DNA from: Camelus dromedarius
Taxonomy: Eukaryota
Direction: 5' to 3'
DNA length: 64,000 nucleotides
Assembly: GCF_036321535.1 (NCBI RefSeq)
Contig: NC_087437.1
Coordinates: 36,148,001-36,212,000, forward strand
The first letter of the stretch is position 1. The number at the start of each line of letters is the position of its first letter. A model generated the notes under the pieces. It was not told the DNA's origin. It saw only the letters and a program-made list of their open reading frames with translations, and made no database searches. Both the position numbers and the translations under genes were made by a program. Below, piece by piece: positions 13,050-27,409 of this stretch.

Positions 13050-16000
13050 TTTTTATTGAAGTATATTTGACTTACAATATTATATACGTTTCAAGTACAC
13101 ATGATTCAATATTTTTATACATTACAAAATTATGATCACAATAGGTCTAATTTCCATATGTCACCATGCAAAGTTATTACAGTATTACTGAATATATTCC
13201 CTATGCTATACATTACAACCCCCTGATTGATTCTCTCCTTCACCTATTTCCTTTATCTCACCATTTTCTTCCCCTCATGCAGCAATCAGTCTGTTCTCTG
13301 TATCTGTAAGTCTGTTTCCATCTTGTTATGGATGTTTGATTTGTTTTTTAGAGTCTACATATAAGTGAAATCATATGGTATGTGTCTTTCTCTGACTTAT
13401 TTCACTTTGCATGATACCCTGTAGTTCTATCCTTTTGTTGCAAATGGCAAAATTTCATTCTTTTTATTGCTGAGTAATATTCCATTATATATATAATTTA
13501 CATATTTTTATATATATATGACATACCTTCTTTATCCATTCATCTATCAATGGACATATCTTGGCTACTGTAAAAAAATATTGCAATGAAAACAGGGGTG
13601 CATATCTCTTTTTGAATGAATGTTTTCATGTTCTTTGTAAAAATACCCAGAAGTGGAATTGCTAGATCATATGGTAGTTCTGTTTTTAATTTTTGAGGAA
13701 ACTCCATATCATTTTCCATAGTGGTGGTACGAATTATTCCCACCAACAGTGCACAAGAGTTCCCTTTTCTCCACATGATCACTAACACTTGTTATTTCAT
13801 GTCTGTATGACAAGAGCAATTCTGAAAGGTGTGAGGTCATAGCTCATTGTGGCTTTGATTTGCATTTTCCTGTTGATTAGTGATGATGAATATCTTTCCA
13901 TGTGTCCTTGAGCCACCTGGATATCTTCTTTGGAAAATTATCTATTAAGGTTTCTCTGCCCATTTTAAAATTGGATTGTTATTTTGAATTTGCATTTTAA
14001 GAGTTTTTTGTATATTTTTTATATTAAGTCCTTACAGATATAAAATTTGCAAATATCTTCTCCCAGTCAGTTAGCTGCCTTTTCTATCTGATGACAGTTT
14101 CCTTCACTGTGCAAAAGCTTTTTAGTTTGATATACTCCCATTTATTCATTTTTGTTTTCATTTCCCTTGCCTTAGGAGACCTATTTTTTACAAAAATATA
14201 TTGCTAAAACCAATGGTAAAGAGCATGCTGCATATATTTTCGTCTAGTAGTTTTATTGTTTCAGGTCTTACATTCAAGCCTTTAAATCATTTTAAGTATA
14301 TTTCTACATATGGTGTGAGAAAGTAGTTCAGTTTGATTGCATATAGCTTTCCAGTACTCCCAACACTATTTATTAAAGAGGTAGTCTTTTCCCTATGTAT
14401 ATTCTTGCCTCACTTGATAAAAATTAATTGGCCATATAAGCATGGTTTTATTTCTGGGCTCTCTATTCTGCTCTGTTTATCCGTGTCTGTTTTTGTGACA
14501 GTACCATACTGTTTTGATTATCATAGAATACAGTATGGTTTGATAACAGGGAGAGTGATACCTCCAGCTTTGTTCTTCTTTCTCAGGATTTTTTGGTTAT
14601 CTGAGGTCTTTGTGATTCATTACAAATTTTAATTTACTTGTTCTAATTCTGTGAAAAATACCATTAGTATTTTGAAAGCAATTCATTCAACCTATAGATT
14701 ACCTTAGATAATTTGGTCATTTTTAACATTATTAATTCTTCTAATCCATGAGTACATAATATTTTTCCACTTCTTTGTGTCATCTTCAATATCTTTCAAC
14801 AATGTCACACAGTTTTCTGAGAACAGGTCTTTTACCTCCTTGTTTAAATTTATTTGGCTGTTTCATTCTTTCAGTGAAATCATAAATGGGATTGTCTTCT
14901 TAATTTCTTCTCCTGATAGTTCATTATTAGTAAATAGAAATGCAACAGATTTCTGTTTATTAATTTTGTATCTTGCACTTGTATCTTGCAACTGAGTTCA
15001 TTTATTCGATAGTTTTTTATAAGTGTCTTTAGGATTTTCCATATATAGTATCATGTAACCTACAAACAGTGATAGATTTACTATTTATTTCTTATTCTTG
15101 TCTAACTGATGTGGCTAGGACTTTTAATACTATATTGAATGAAAGTGGTGAGAGTGAACATCCTCGTCTTGTTCCTGATCTTATAGGAAATGGTTTCAGC
15201 TTTTCACAGTTGAGTATGATGTTGAATGTCAGATATGGCCTTTATTATGTTGAGGTAAGTTTCCTCAATATTGACTTTGATGAAAGTTGTTATGGATTAT
15301 ATGATTTTTATTCTTCAATTTGTTACTGTGGTGTATCACATTGATTGATTTGCAGATATTGAAGCATCCTTGCATCTCTGGAATAAATCCCACTTGATCG
15401 TGGGGTATGATCCTTTTAATGTATTATTGAATTTGGCTTGCTAAAATTTTGTTGAGGATTATCTGCATCTGTGTTCATCAGTGATGTTGGCCTGTAATTT
15501 ACTTTATTTGTGGTAGGTTTGTCTGGTTTTGGTAGCAGTGTGATTCTGGCCTCCTAGAATGAGTTGGAAGCACTCTTAGTTTGAAAAGGACAGGTGTTAA
15601 CTTTCCTTTAAAATTTTATGGATTCATCTGTGAAGCCTTCTGGTCCTGGTCTTTTGATTGTTGGCAGTTTTTTTTGTTTGTTTTAAACTATTATTACAAA
15701 CAAAATGATTCAATTTTATTACTGGTAATCAGTCCATTCCTTTTTTTCTATTTTTTCATAATGCAGTCTTAGAAGACCACATTTCTAGGATTTATCAATG
15801 TTTTCTAGGTTGTTCAATTGGTATATAATTATTCATAGTAATCACTTGTAATCCTTTGTATTTCTGTGTTATCCGTTGTGACTTCTTTTTCATTTCTGAT
15901 TTTATTTGGGCTCTCACATTTTCTTGATGAGTATGCATAAAGTTTTATCATCAATTTTAATTTTTTAAATAATTCTTAGTTTTAATATTATTTTTTTGTC

Positions 16001-17290
16001 TCCATTTCACTTATTTCTGTTCTGTTCCTTATTGTTCTTTCCTCCTATAAACTTTGGGTTTTGTTCATCTTTTTCTATTTCCCTTAGGTGTAAGGTTACA
16101 TTATATATTTGAGATTTTTTTTCTTGTTTCTTAAGGAAGGCTCACTTCACTTTAAACTTCCCTCTTAGAATTGGTTTTTCTGTATCACATAGATTTTGTA
16201 TTATTGTGTGTCCATTTTCATTAATCTCCTGGTATTTTTTGATTTCCACTCTGATTTCTTCAGTGACTCATCGGTTGTTTATTAGCATATTGTTTAGCCT
16301 CCATGTGTTTGTATTTTTTGCAGTTTTATTTCTTGTAGTTGATTTCTAGTCTCAGACTAGATTGGAAAAGGTGCTTATATAATTTCAATCTTGTTAATTC
16401 TGTTGTACTTTTGTGGCTTAGCATGTGCTCTATCCTGGAGAATGTTTTATGTGCACTTGAAAAAAATGTGTATTCTGCTGTTTTGGAATATATATATACA
16501 CACACACACACACACATATAAAGTTCATCTGATCTGTTATTTAAAGCTTATGTTTCCATACTGATATTCTATCTGGATCTGTATTTTCTAAGTGGAGTGT
16601 TCTCCAAGATCAGCAAGTTTCTCTTACCCAGGCTCCTTTCAAACTTGCCTCTGCATTGGGACTCAGCATGTGAGATGTGTATTCCTTTTAAACTGAGTGT
16701 CTATTTCTTATAGGCCTCTGGCTCGCCTGAACATAATTTCCATTAGTTTTCAAAGCAGACATTCTGGGGGCTTGTCCTCTGGCTAGGGAGCCAGACACCT
16801 CACTTCTTAGGGAGGACCTCTATAATTGGTATTCCTCCCTTTTGTGAACCACTGACCCTAGGGATGGAGGTCTTGACTATACTGTTCTCTACACACCCCA
16901 TTCATCTTGTAGTGGTTTCTCATGTCTTTAGTTGTGGAAACTATTTTCTGCTAGTCTTCAGGTCATTTTCATTAATTGTTGCACTGCAAGGACAGTTGAC
17001 CCTTGAACAACACAGGGGTTTGCGGCACCCAATTCCCATGAAGTTGAAATTCCATGTATAACTTTACAGTTAGGCCTCCATATCCATGGTTCCACATCTG
17101 CAGATTCAACCAACTATGGATTGTGTAGTAATGTAGTATATTTTTACTGGAAAAAAATGCATGTATAAGTGGACCAATGCAGTTCAAATCCATGTTGCTC
17201 AAGGATCAACAGCAGTTGTAATTTTGGTGTGTCCATTGAAGGAGGTAAGTTCAGGGTCTTCCTACTCTGCCATCTTGGCCACCTCCCCCT
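13050..17290 (-). mobile_element. LINE-1 with 3'UTR and most of ORF2 joined directly to a 5'UTR (ORF1 absent)
   Basis: ORFs 13540..13788(-) '[18 protein letters not shown]' and 16326..16517(-) 'AEYTFFSSAHKTFSRIEHML' are L1 ORF2p remnants. At ~16600 the sequence switches to L1 5'UTR ending 'tactctgccatcttggccacctccc'. Confidence 0.85.
16993..17212. mobile_element. Tigger2a-like MITE inserted in the L1 5'UTR
   Basis: Terminal inverted repeats cagttgacccttgaacaaca / tgttgctcaaggatcaacag; ~220 bp. Confidence 0.85.
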
Positions 17291-17634
17291 TCAACTGCTT
17301 TATAATTTAATGTGATCTTTTATACACTGACACTTCCAACCCAGCCTTGTTGGGTGGCCGTTCTTTCAAGAAGTCTCTATTACACTCTCCATTTCAGAGT
17401 TAACACTTTTATTTTAAAAGAATGTATATTCCTGGAAACTTTTTAAAGCAATGATAGTATGACCATCAATTGGGTATTCATTTTATATATATGGTTAAAT
17501 AAATATATGTAAGGCACTTTAATTAGTGAAACAGCTGAATAAGTTTGCATCCCTCATAACTGAAACCAAGAGAAGCTAAGTTTTTATGCCTAGTGAGACA
17601 GAGGGAAAGTAAACCTGTGTCTACTATGGAGGCT

Positions 17635-18010
17635 CCCTCTTTTTCATTCATCCATTCAACATACCGTTTATCGATTGCCTCTTATGTGCCTCTTCATTCA
17701 GTATCCTAGAATCTAGACAAATGTACTTCCTTGCCCTGTAAAATGGACAGTCAGGATGGGCATTGACTGAGTGATGACAATTTTACACAGCAATAGTGAG
17801 GAAAAATGCACACTAGGCAAATTTGGAGCAGGGTTAGGGACAGAAAACTTCTGTTAAGTAATAGTTATGTACAGTTATGCTGAAATGAATCAGATTTAGC
17901 TACACAAAGCATATTTATGGGAGACAAGAGGCACTGGACAAACTAAAAAATGACATTTTCAAAGGGAAACATGTTTTATAAACAAACAAGCATAGTTGTC
18001 TGGGGCACAG
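17635..18010 (-). mobile_element. L2 relic
   Basis: 'ttcattcatccattcaacataccgtttatcgattgcctcttatgtgcc' is the L2 3' tail in antisense. Confidence 0.65.
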
Positions 18011-18949
18011 AGAAGCTGGAGAAAAGGATATTTATTCTCTTTCTTTTCAGTCTCTCTAAATGGTTGTTAGTATACTGTGTTGTATTTTTAAAAATAAATA
18101 TTTTCTCACAATATTGCAGGAGAGAGAAAATATTTAGCAAAAAAAACTAGAAGTCTTATTCTAACATCCAGAGATGACCACTGTTAACTCTTTGATGTTA
18201 ATCATCTCTATATAGGAATATGTGTATTTTGTACAGAAAGAATATGAATATAACCAGTATACTGTTTTGAAGCCTTTTGCCTAATGTAACATATGAAATT
18301 ATTTTTCATGTCCATACATTTTCAGGTGTAATATAGTGCATCAACAATGTAGTACTGATACATCAATGAACAAACAGATGGACTGATTAAACAGGATAAA
18401 TATTCTGAAAATGATGTTACTATGGAAAAACATTACAGTCTAAAAAAGAAGAGGTAAGTCATTTAAAATTATTTTAAAACATTTACTAAGTATGTGGGAA
18501 AAGTCAGTTTTAATCCTTGATTGCTGTTTCTCTTATACCCCCAGACTGCCAAAATTATAAATGATTTTGTATAAATTTATATTCACAAATTTGGAGTAAG
18601 CTAGATGTATGCAATGGACATGGGCTTTCAAATGAGAATATCTGTGAAATAAACAAAAGTTTGATGTCCTTTAATAAGTTACAAATAAGCTCTACGTCAT
18701 GAGTATAACAGTATCATATATAAATACTCAAGAAAACTGGAAACATACTTGGCAACATATAAGGGGTTGATATATAAATATCTTGTATAAAATAATAGGA
18801 AAATTCCTATTCAAGTAGAATATTTGGTAAAATTTGTAAGCAAAATCAAATTAAAATATGCACCTGAAACTATCTCACTGTGCCCTGTGGAACACAATAA
18901 ATTATAGGTTAAAAAAGAAAAAAAGACATCGTCAACTCTTCCATGAAAT

Positions 18950-20400
18950 TTCTCTTCATATTCTGTTGACATCAAGCTCACTGCTGGTAATGTTACTTCT
19001 GTTACAACTCTCTTAAGGGATGACTTTTCTTTCTCACTCCCCTTACTCGAATTCCTGGAGATGGAACAGGTGGTGCCCTCCCTGTTCTTCATGGCTTTTT
19101 CTAGGCCACCCTCCTTTCCCTTCCTGTAAATTTAATCAAAGTAACCATCTGCTAGCCTTGTTATCACCTGTTCTCTGTGGTCCCCTTCCTGCCTGGATCT
19201 CCTGTCATAATATGGGAGACTATAATATACAGAAAGGTAACCACTACATTATTCTTGCCTTGTGCTTCCATGATCTCCTCTCCTGCAATGATGTTGTTTT
19301 CCATCCTCTGCTTCCACTTTGTTAATGTCATTTCCATTATATGAAGCAATTCTATAACCTCAATTTTCAAACATCCCATTTTCCAACTACCAGCTCTTAT
19401 CTTTCCAACCCATCCTCTCATATGCTCCACCTCTTTAACTCTACTTGAACCAACATGCTATTGATGCTACACCGTACCTCAACCTTCTTAATTTTTTACT
19501 TTCCTCTTTATTCATCATAATTCCCAAGGTGAATCATATTCACTCATTTCCTTGCCTTCCTTTTACTTCATTATTCTCACATAAACTCCAAACTTCTGCC
19601 TACTACTTGTGCCTCCTGCAGGCCAATAGAGTTGCCCCTTGAGCAACATGGGTTTTAACTCACAGGTTCACTTGTTCATGGATTTTTGTCAGTAGTAAAT
19701 GCTATAGTACTACATGATGTGCAGTTGGTCAAATCTATAGATACAGAAATTCAGATACAAAGGTCGTATTTGCAGATGGAGACACTCGGATACAAAAGAA
19801 CTGCACATAGGGAGGGCTGACTACAAACTATACTTGGATTTTTTTATGATGGAGGGCTGGTACCTGTAACCCACATATTGTTCAAGGGTCAACTGTATTC
19901 TGTTGTCAAATGTCACTGGAAAAAATATAGCCATGATTGCTTACTGTTCTCACTTTTTATTCTTCTGAATATCACTAAACTAAAATAACCTTTAATAGTG
20001 CTGGCAAACCAAACCATATTCTCTAACCCATTTATTCTCCCATTCTTTAAGACAACTCTTCCATACAGTGTATTCTCTTTAACCCTACTATACCTCCTAT
20101 TAAACAAAGCAATTTGAAGACAATTTCTACAAACTTCTTCTGGTATGACCTTCAACCATGATTCTATATACTACCCTCTTCTCTATGCCTAGACTGGCAC
20201 TCAGGGCTCTTATCTCCAATTGTAAAGTCTGTTTCATCCACTCCTGCTTCCTCAGGGACATTGTTCCACCATTTTCTCTCTTACAGGCAGCATGAGGGCA
20301 GGTTTCAAAATCTATTTTGGTTACCTCTGAGTCCCCAGAGCCTGTAATCATGCTCAGAATATAATGGGGGCTCAGTAATGAGTAAATGAAAGATAAAATG
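18950..20400 (+). mobile_element. L2 relic (ORF2 region to 3' end), interrupted by a MITE
   Basis: CT-rich L2-like body and a terminal 'cccagagcctgtaatcatgctcagaatataatgggggctcagtaatgagtaaatgaa'. Confidence 0.6.
19629..19895. mobile_element. Tigger2a-like MITE with TA target sites, opposite orientation to the 16993 copy
   Basis: ta|gagttgccccttgagcaaca ... ttgttcaagggtcaactg|ta. Confidence 0.85.
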
Positions 20401-20823
20401 AAAGAGTATGTCATTTTTACTAGTCAAATTTAATAGGTTAATAATATATGATACTATATAACCTGTCAAGGGTGGAATGAAATGATTACTCACTTCCATG
20501 GTGGATAAGCATTAGAAATTAAACATTGCACAAAATCAATCTGACAAAAGAATCATAGATTCAGAGAATTAAAACCTTAATATGACAATCTTACTGGTTG
20601 TAGCCTCCTGTAAAAAAATAAGGCATATATTAATATGCATTAAAATCTGTTTATGCAGTGTCAAATTGAGTGAAAAATTGAAAGCAAAGAAAATATTTAG
20701 ACAAATGATGGTGAGTCTACATGTTTAGAAAATTACCTGTTACTGTTATCACACCCCTAAAGCACTTCTGTTTACTTTGGAAAATGTTGGGTATGCCAGT
20801 GAAGCTGCGGCCCTGCCCACTGC

Positions 20824-20861
20824 CTCACTGTTGAGAATGATTCTCACTGTTGAGAATGATT
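20824..20861. repeat. Perfect 19-bp tandem duplication
   Basis: ctcactgttgagaatgatt x2 (20824-20842, 20843-20861). Confidence 0.95.
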
Positions 20862-21526
20862 CCTGTAGGCCTCATCTGAGAGAACTCCCCAAGAAGAGCT
20901 TTTGAGGATTCTATTACTAGTGGTTGACCAATGCCACTGACTACCTCTCTCTGCAACATTAAACTCCACTCATGTCTGATTGATTGTACCCAGCAGAGGT
21001 ATCTGACTGAACCTATGAGACAACTACCTTCTGCCTCTATGGGGCAGCCTAATATCTTATTGAATAAGACTCATTAGTGGTTTCTAGAGAAGATATACAG
21101 GAACTAAGGCCTGATGTTAAAACTATGCTCAATGAAAAAGCAAGATGGTTTATGTTTGTAATAATCATGCTGCATATTCAAAGTCATATCTTTGACTGAA
21201 AAATATCTCAAATGGAGTTTTCTTTTTATGTATAAGGTAACAATGCAAGGGGCCAGAAAAGAAAATAAGTCATTTTCTTGCTTGTGAAATCAAAGCTGCA
21301 ACATCTGTTTGCTTCACCTGCTGAAGAGAATACTCCTGCTTATACTTAATGGTTAACAAGACTGAACACTTTGAAACATACTTCTCTAGTCACCCAACCT
21401 GTAAATTAAATACATCAGTGATGCAATTATTGCACTGTGCTCTTTTCACAGGTATAAATCACATATAAAAGATCTGCAGTGCTGAGAAACACAAGCTATA
21501 ATTTATGTTTTACTGTAAGCACCTGA

Positions 21527-21564
21527 AACTTTACAATGTCCAGTGTTCTGGACATTGTAAAGTT
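21527..21564. repeat. Perfect 17-bp inverted repeat, 4-nt loop
   Basis: aactttacaatgtccag (21527-21543) tgtt ctggacattgtaaagtt (21548-21564). Confidence 0.95.
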
Positions 21565-21769
21565 GCAAATATATTCTATGGCAACTCTCTCTTGCCTTGT
21601 TTCCTTCTCTTATGTCTTGCATACCTTTAATAGAATGGCCATATAATTTCCTATAGTTTAAAATTTTAGATTATACACTAATTTTTTAATAAAAAGTTTT
21701 GAAAATAAAAAGCATTCAATTCTAAAAACCACCACCAGTCATTATTAACATTTTAAGAAATATCTATTT

Positions 21770-21910
21770 ATATATACAATATTTATATACACAATATTTA
21801 TATACATAGTATATATAATTTTATTGTATATGTAATTTTAATATATACAATTGTATATATAATTTTAATATACACAATTGTATATATAATTTTAATATAT
21901 ACAATTATAG
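21770..21910. repeat. AT-rich minisatellite, 27-bp period in the 3' part
   Basis: 'caatt' cores at 21848, 21875 and 21902; unit tatatacaattgtatatataattttaa contains an 18-bp palindrome. Confidence 0.8.
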
Positions 21911-22921
21911 ATGTATTATTATATGCTCAATGAAGAAAACATTACAAAGACAAAATATCTAAGATGAAAAGCAAAGTTACCTTCCATACAACCACCAAAA
22001 GTCAAGGACTTTCTTTTCCTCATGATTTTCCTAAATAACTTTTCACATTCAAGTTCATATTTTTTTCACTTCCTCTCTTTTCCTTTCCTTCTCATTAATT
22101 TAATTTTGACAGATCTTTTCAAAATAAGTAATCCTGCTTTTATTTATTAAATTAGGTAAAAAGAAATTTCATAAGTTCTCCTTTCTAAAATCCTTCAGGA
22201 CTACATAAGTATTATTTATGTATTATTTATTATTATATTTCTTTGATAAAATTATAAATATTATAAAGTCACTTAAGAAAATAATATATTCACAATATTA
22301 GCCAATGTTTCTGTTTTGCATGTTTGATTTTTTTCTTCCTTGTATTTTAAACATAGTTTCTAAATCATTGTCTCAGAGTGGAATTTCACAGAATTAAAAT
22401 AAATTAGCTCACAAAGCGTTTCTTAGACTTGGAGTTTAGAATATGATTCTCAGACCTAGTTGCTTAGGCACTTTTGCCCCCACCAGGTAATTCTAACATT
22501 CCAGATACTCAGAGCCCATCCTTAGATTCTGATTTAGTTGCTTTGTATTACGCTGAAAAACAGATTTTTTTTTAATGTTCTCTAAGTGGTTCTAATACAC
22601 ACTCAGGATTGTAGACTATTCAGTTTAGGTTAACAGATTAAAATTAGAAGATAGACAAAATTATTTGGGCAATTAAGGCCTTAAAGTATAAACAGTTTGT
22701 CACTACACTTTTAATTTACTTCCTGACCTATGCGTTATTTAAGTAATTGGTTTCTTATTTTCCAATTTTATCAGTTTTAAAAATTTAACATGACTCATTT
22801 TTAGTCTGATTTTAATTACAGAGTTCTCTGAAAATACACAAAAGTACTCATTGTCCCTGGGCATGAGCAACAGCTTCTATGAGATTCTTGTAACTCACTT
22901 TGCAACCTCTCTTATTTTCAG

Positions 22922-22934
22922 GATTTTACCATAG
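22922..22934 (+). other. Candidate 13-nt microexon (GATTTTACCATAG)
   Basis: Branch-like taactcac, a TGC, polypyrimidine cctctcttattttcag| and donor tag|gtatgc. Confidence 0.4.
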
Positions 22935-23659
22935 GTATGCCAAGTGCCCAAAGTAATCCCATTCCTCTTTCCCTTACCCCAGTTTATTGTTAGATAAGTC
23001 TCTTTTTTGGTCTAGAAATAAGGAGAAAATCAGTGACCAACTAAAAACTCAGCATCAATCAATAATCAGCAATTATTTATCATGGCTGGGAATTAAATTC
23101 AACTTAGTTAAGTATCTCAGGACTATATAGATTTGGAAAATCTGGATGAGTGGATCTGGGTTAAGATCCTGCTTTCTGTATTTTTTTATAAAAGCCTGAA
23201 CAGTGATTCTGATGTGTATCCAAAGAGAAGAGCCATAGGATTTAAGAAACAGTAGGTTGTTTTATTATGACCAATTCAGATCATGAGCCTCTATTACATT
23301 AATTAGACCTCAGAGGCAAGGTTAAAAACCTTCATTTCTTTTTATGAGGTAGATAAAATGGCTCTCTTTCACTTAATAAAAACACGAGAATGCATCATTT
23401 GCATATTTTCTATCCTGTATTAGCTTTCTACCTTTGCTATTTACCAAAATTTGTCAAAGACCATGATGACTGGCAGTTTGTCCTGATTTTCTATTTATTA
23501 ATAATTGTTTGCTATTATTTGTTATTTTGTTTTTTGAGATTTTATTAGTATCAAGTATTTTAGTTGAATGGCTTTAATCTTTGGATATTCTTCATTTTTT
23601 AGCCTGAGTTGCACCCTCATCTCTCTGCCCTTTAGCCATAAAAAATGATTTTTATATTG

Positions 23660-26600
23660 CCATCTAATATATAAAGCAAGTATTAACAGACATAAAGGGA
23701 GAAACAGACAGAAATACAATAATAGTAGGGGACGTTAATACTCACTTTCATCATAGATGGAGCATTCAGACAGGAAAATCAACAAAGAAGCATTGATCTT
23801 AACACAGTAGACTAGATGATATTAGGCATATACAGAACATTCTATCAAAAAGCAACCGAATATACATTCTTCTAAAGCTCACCTGGAACATTCTCCAGGA
23901 TAAATCATATGTTAGGCCACAAAACAAGTCTTAATAAATCTAAGGAGATTGTAATTGATTTCTAGTTTCATATTGTTGTTTTTGGAAGGTACTTGATATG
24001 ATTTAAAGAGATAATTGGCATAGTCACAAATATTTGGAAATTAAACAGTATGGTACTGAATAACCCATTCAGTTCAAGAAGCAATTATGGTTCAAGGAAG
24101 AAATTTAAAACAAGAAATCAAAAGAGAAGTAAAAAATACTTTTACACAAATACTTTCAGACAAAATGGAAATACAGCACACTAAAACTCATGACATGCAG
24201 TAAATGGAATTCTAAGAAAAATGTTACTTTTTGATTTACACATTTAGTGATAACAAGAGAGATCTTAGTAAGTTTACACCTCAAGGAAATAAAAAAGAAG
24301 AAAACATAAAGCACAAACTTAGTACAAGGAAGAAAATAATAGTGGTCAGAGAGAAAATGAATAGAGATCAAAGAGACAATAGCAAAGAACTTTGTTTTAA
24401 AAAGATAAAATGGATAAACTATTTAGACTAACCAAGAAAAAAAAAGACTCAAAAGAGAGAGTGTTACAACTGATAACACAGAAACATCAAGGATTGTAAG
24501 AGACTGCTATGAGCAATTACATATAAACAAATTAGAAAATCTAGAAGAAACAGGTAAATATCAAAAAAAAAAAAAAAAAAACAATACAGCCTACCAAGAC
24601 TGAATCGTGAAGAAATAGCAAATCTGAATAGAGCAAATATTAGTAAGAAGATTGAATCAGTAATGAAAATTCTTCCACAAAGTCCAGAAGCAGATGGCTA
24701 AACTGGTGAATGCTACTAGACATTTAAAGAACTAATACAAATTCTTCTCAAACTTTTCAAGAAAATAGAAGATCAGTTCAAAATCATTTTCAAAGTCATT
24801 TTATGAGGCCAGCATTACCCTGATCTTAAAGTTAAAAAAGGATGCCACAAGAAAGGAAAACTATAGACCAATATCTCAATAAACATAGATACAAAAACCT
24901 CAATAAAATATCACCAAATAAAATTCAACAACACATTAAAAAGTCATACACTATAATCAAGTGGGATTTATTCCAGGGATGCATGGAATGGTTTAATATC
25001 ATTGTGATACACCACATTAACAAAATGAAGGATAAAAATCTTATGGTCATTTTAATAGAAGCAGAAAAAAATTTAACTGAACATTGAATTTTTTTCACGA
25101 TAAAAACTCTCAACAAAATAGGTAAAGAGGGAACATACCTCAACATAGTAAAAGGGCATATATGACAAGCCCACAGCTAACATTATACTCAATGGTAAAA
25201 GCTAAAAAGCTTTTCCTCTAAGATCAGGAAATGGGACTAGAATGCCCACTCTCCTCATCACTTTTATTCACCATGGTATTGAAAATCCTAGTCACAGCAA
25301 TTAGGCAAAACAAATCAAACAAACAAAAAAAAAATCACTATTTGCAGATAACATGATTTGATATGTAGAAAACCATAAAGACATCACCAAAAAGCTATTA
25401 GAACTGAGAAATTCAGTTTCAGGATACAAAATCAACATACAAAATTCTGTTGCAATTCTGTACACTAGTAAACTATCAGAAATTAAACAAACAATCCCAT
25501 TTATATATAATAGCATCAAAAGAGGATGAAATGCCTAGGAATTAAATTCACCAAGGATGTGAAAGATCTCTACCCTGAAAACTATAAGAAACTGATGGAA
25601 GAAAATAAAGAAGACACAAATAAGTGATCATGGACTAGAAAAATTCATATTGTTAAAATGACCATATTACCCACGGGCAATCTACAGATTCAATGAAATC
25701 CCTATAAAAATTACAATGGTGCTTTTATAGAGGTAGGATTTTTGTTCTAATATGTGTACAGAATCACAAAAGACCCTAAGTAGCAAAACAATCTTAAGAA
25801 AAACAAAGCTGCAGGAATCATGCCCCCTGATTTAATTATTACAGCTTTGTAATAGAGTTTGAAAACAGTATGGTACTGGCATGAAACAGCACATGGTTAA
25901 ATGGAATAGAATAGAAAGCCCAGAAATAAACCCATGTATAAGTAGTCAACTAATTTACAACAAAGGAGCCAAGAATATACAATGGGGAAAGCAAGTCTCT
26001 TTCATAAATAGGGCTGGGAAAACTGGACAGCCACATGCAAAATAATGAATACGGTATATATAAAAATTAATTCAAAATGGATATAAGACCTGAAACCATC
26101 AAGCTCATAGAAGGAAAAACATAACCAATGATCTGTAAGACATTGATCTTGGTAATGATTTTTTGGATATGACACCAAAAGCAAAGGATACAAAGCAAAA
26201 CTAAACAAGTGGGACTATATCAAACTAAAAAGCTATACAGTAAAGGAAATCATCCACAAAGTGAAAAGACTACCTACTAAATGGGATAAAATATCTGCAA
26301 ACCATACATCTGATAAGGGGCTAGTATCCAAAATATATAAAGATCTCATACAACTTAATAACAAAAAATAATCTAATTTAAAAATGGGCAGAGGATCTAA
26401 AGAGATACTTTCCCAAAGTCACAAAGATGGCAAAAGAATATGAAAAGGTGCTCAACATCACTAACCACCAGGGAAGTGCAAATCAAAACTCCAATGAGGT
26501 ATCACTTCACCCCTGTCAGAATGGCTATTATCAAAAAGAAAAAAACAACAAATGTTGGTGAGGATGTGAACAAAAGAGAACCCTTGTGCACTGATGGTAG

Positions 26601-27320
26601 AAATGTAAATTGATGCAGCTACTGTGTAAGATCTTCAAAAAGTAATTAAAACTACCATATGACCCAACAATTCCACTTCTGGGTATTTATCCCAAGAAAA
26701 CAAAAACACTAACTTGAAAAGATATCTGCATCTCATCTGCATGTTCATTGCAGCATTTTTAACAATTGTGAAGATATAGAAGAATCCAAGTGTCCACTGA
26801 TGGATGAATAAAGAAAATGTGATACACACACAGAGTGGGATATTATTCAGCCATAAAAAAGAATGAAATACTGCCATTTGCAACAACATGGATAGACCTA
26901 TGCTAAGTGGAAGTCAGACAGAGAAAGGCAAATACCATATGACCTCATTTATATGTGAAATAAAAACAAAACAAAACACATAGAGACCGAAAATGACTGG
27001 TTGTTGCCAGAGGTGGGATGTGTTGGGTGGGGAAAATGGGTGAAGGTTGTCAAAAGATGAAAATTTCCAGGTACAAAAGAAATCAGTCCTTGGGATATAA
27101 CGTACAGCATGGCAATTGTAGTTTAAAATGTTGTACTGTATATTTGTAAGTTGGTAAGAGAATAAACCTTAAAAGTTCTCATCACAAGAAAGATTTATAT
27201 CTATATGTGGTGACATACATTAAATAGACTTATTGTGGTGATAGCTTAACAGTTTATACAAATATGAGATCATTATGCTGAAACTAATTAAAATTACATG
27301 TCAATTACATGTCTCAATAA
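23660..27320 (+). mobile_element. LINE-1 ORF2 to 3' end, decayed
   Basis: Sense ORF2 motifs; ORF 24842..25087 'IHHINKMKDKNLMVILIEAEK' is an RT remnant. Ends 'gtctcaataaaact'. Confidence 0.93.
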
Positions 27321-27409
27321 AACTTTAAATGATCTTTGCTGTCAATTTTGAAGCTATATTTATAGAAATACAAAATACATTTTCAATGTCATAGCAAAAT
27401 TATATGACA

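Noticed and set aside
18326..18453. 128-nt exon-like unit (ttttcag| ... gag|gtaagt)
   Set aside because: Stops in all three frames and resembles an old L1 ORF2 relic; a non-coding or poison exon cannot be excluded.
20824..21910. Direct repeats as a CRISPR-like array
   Set aside because: Two or three adjacent copies without spacers, in eukaryotic DNA; simple slippage duplications. Same for ~48390-48470 and ~53890-53935.
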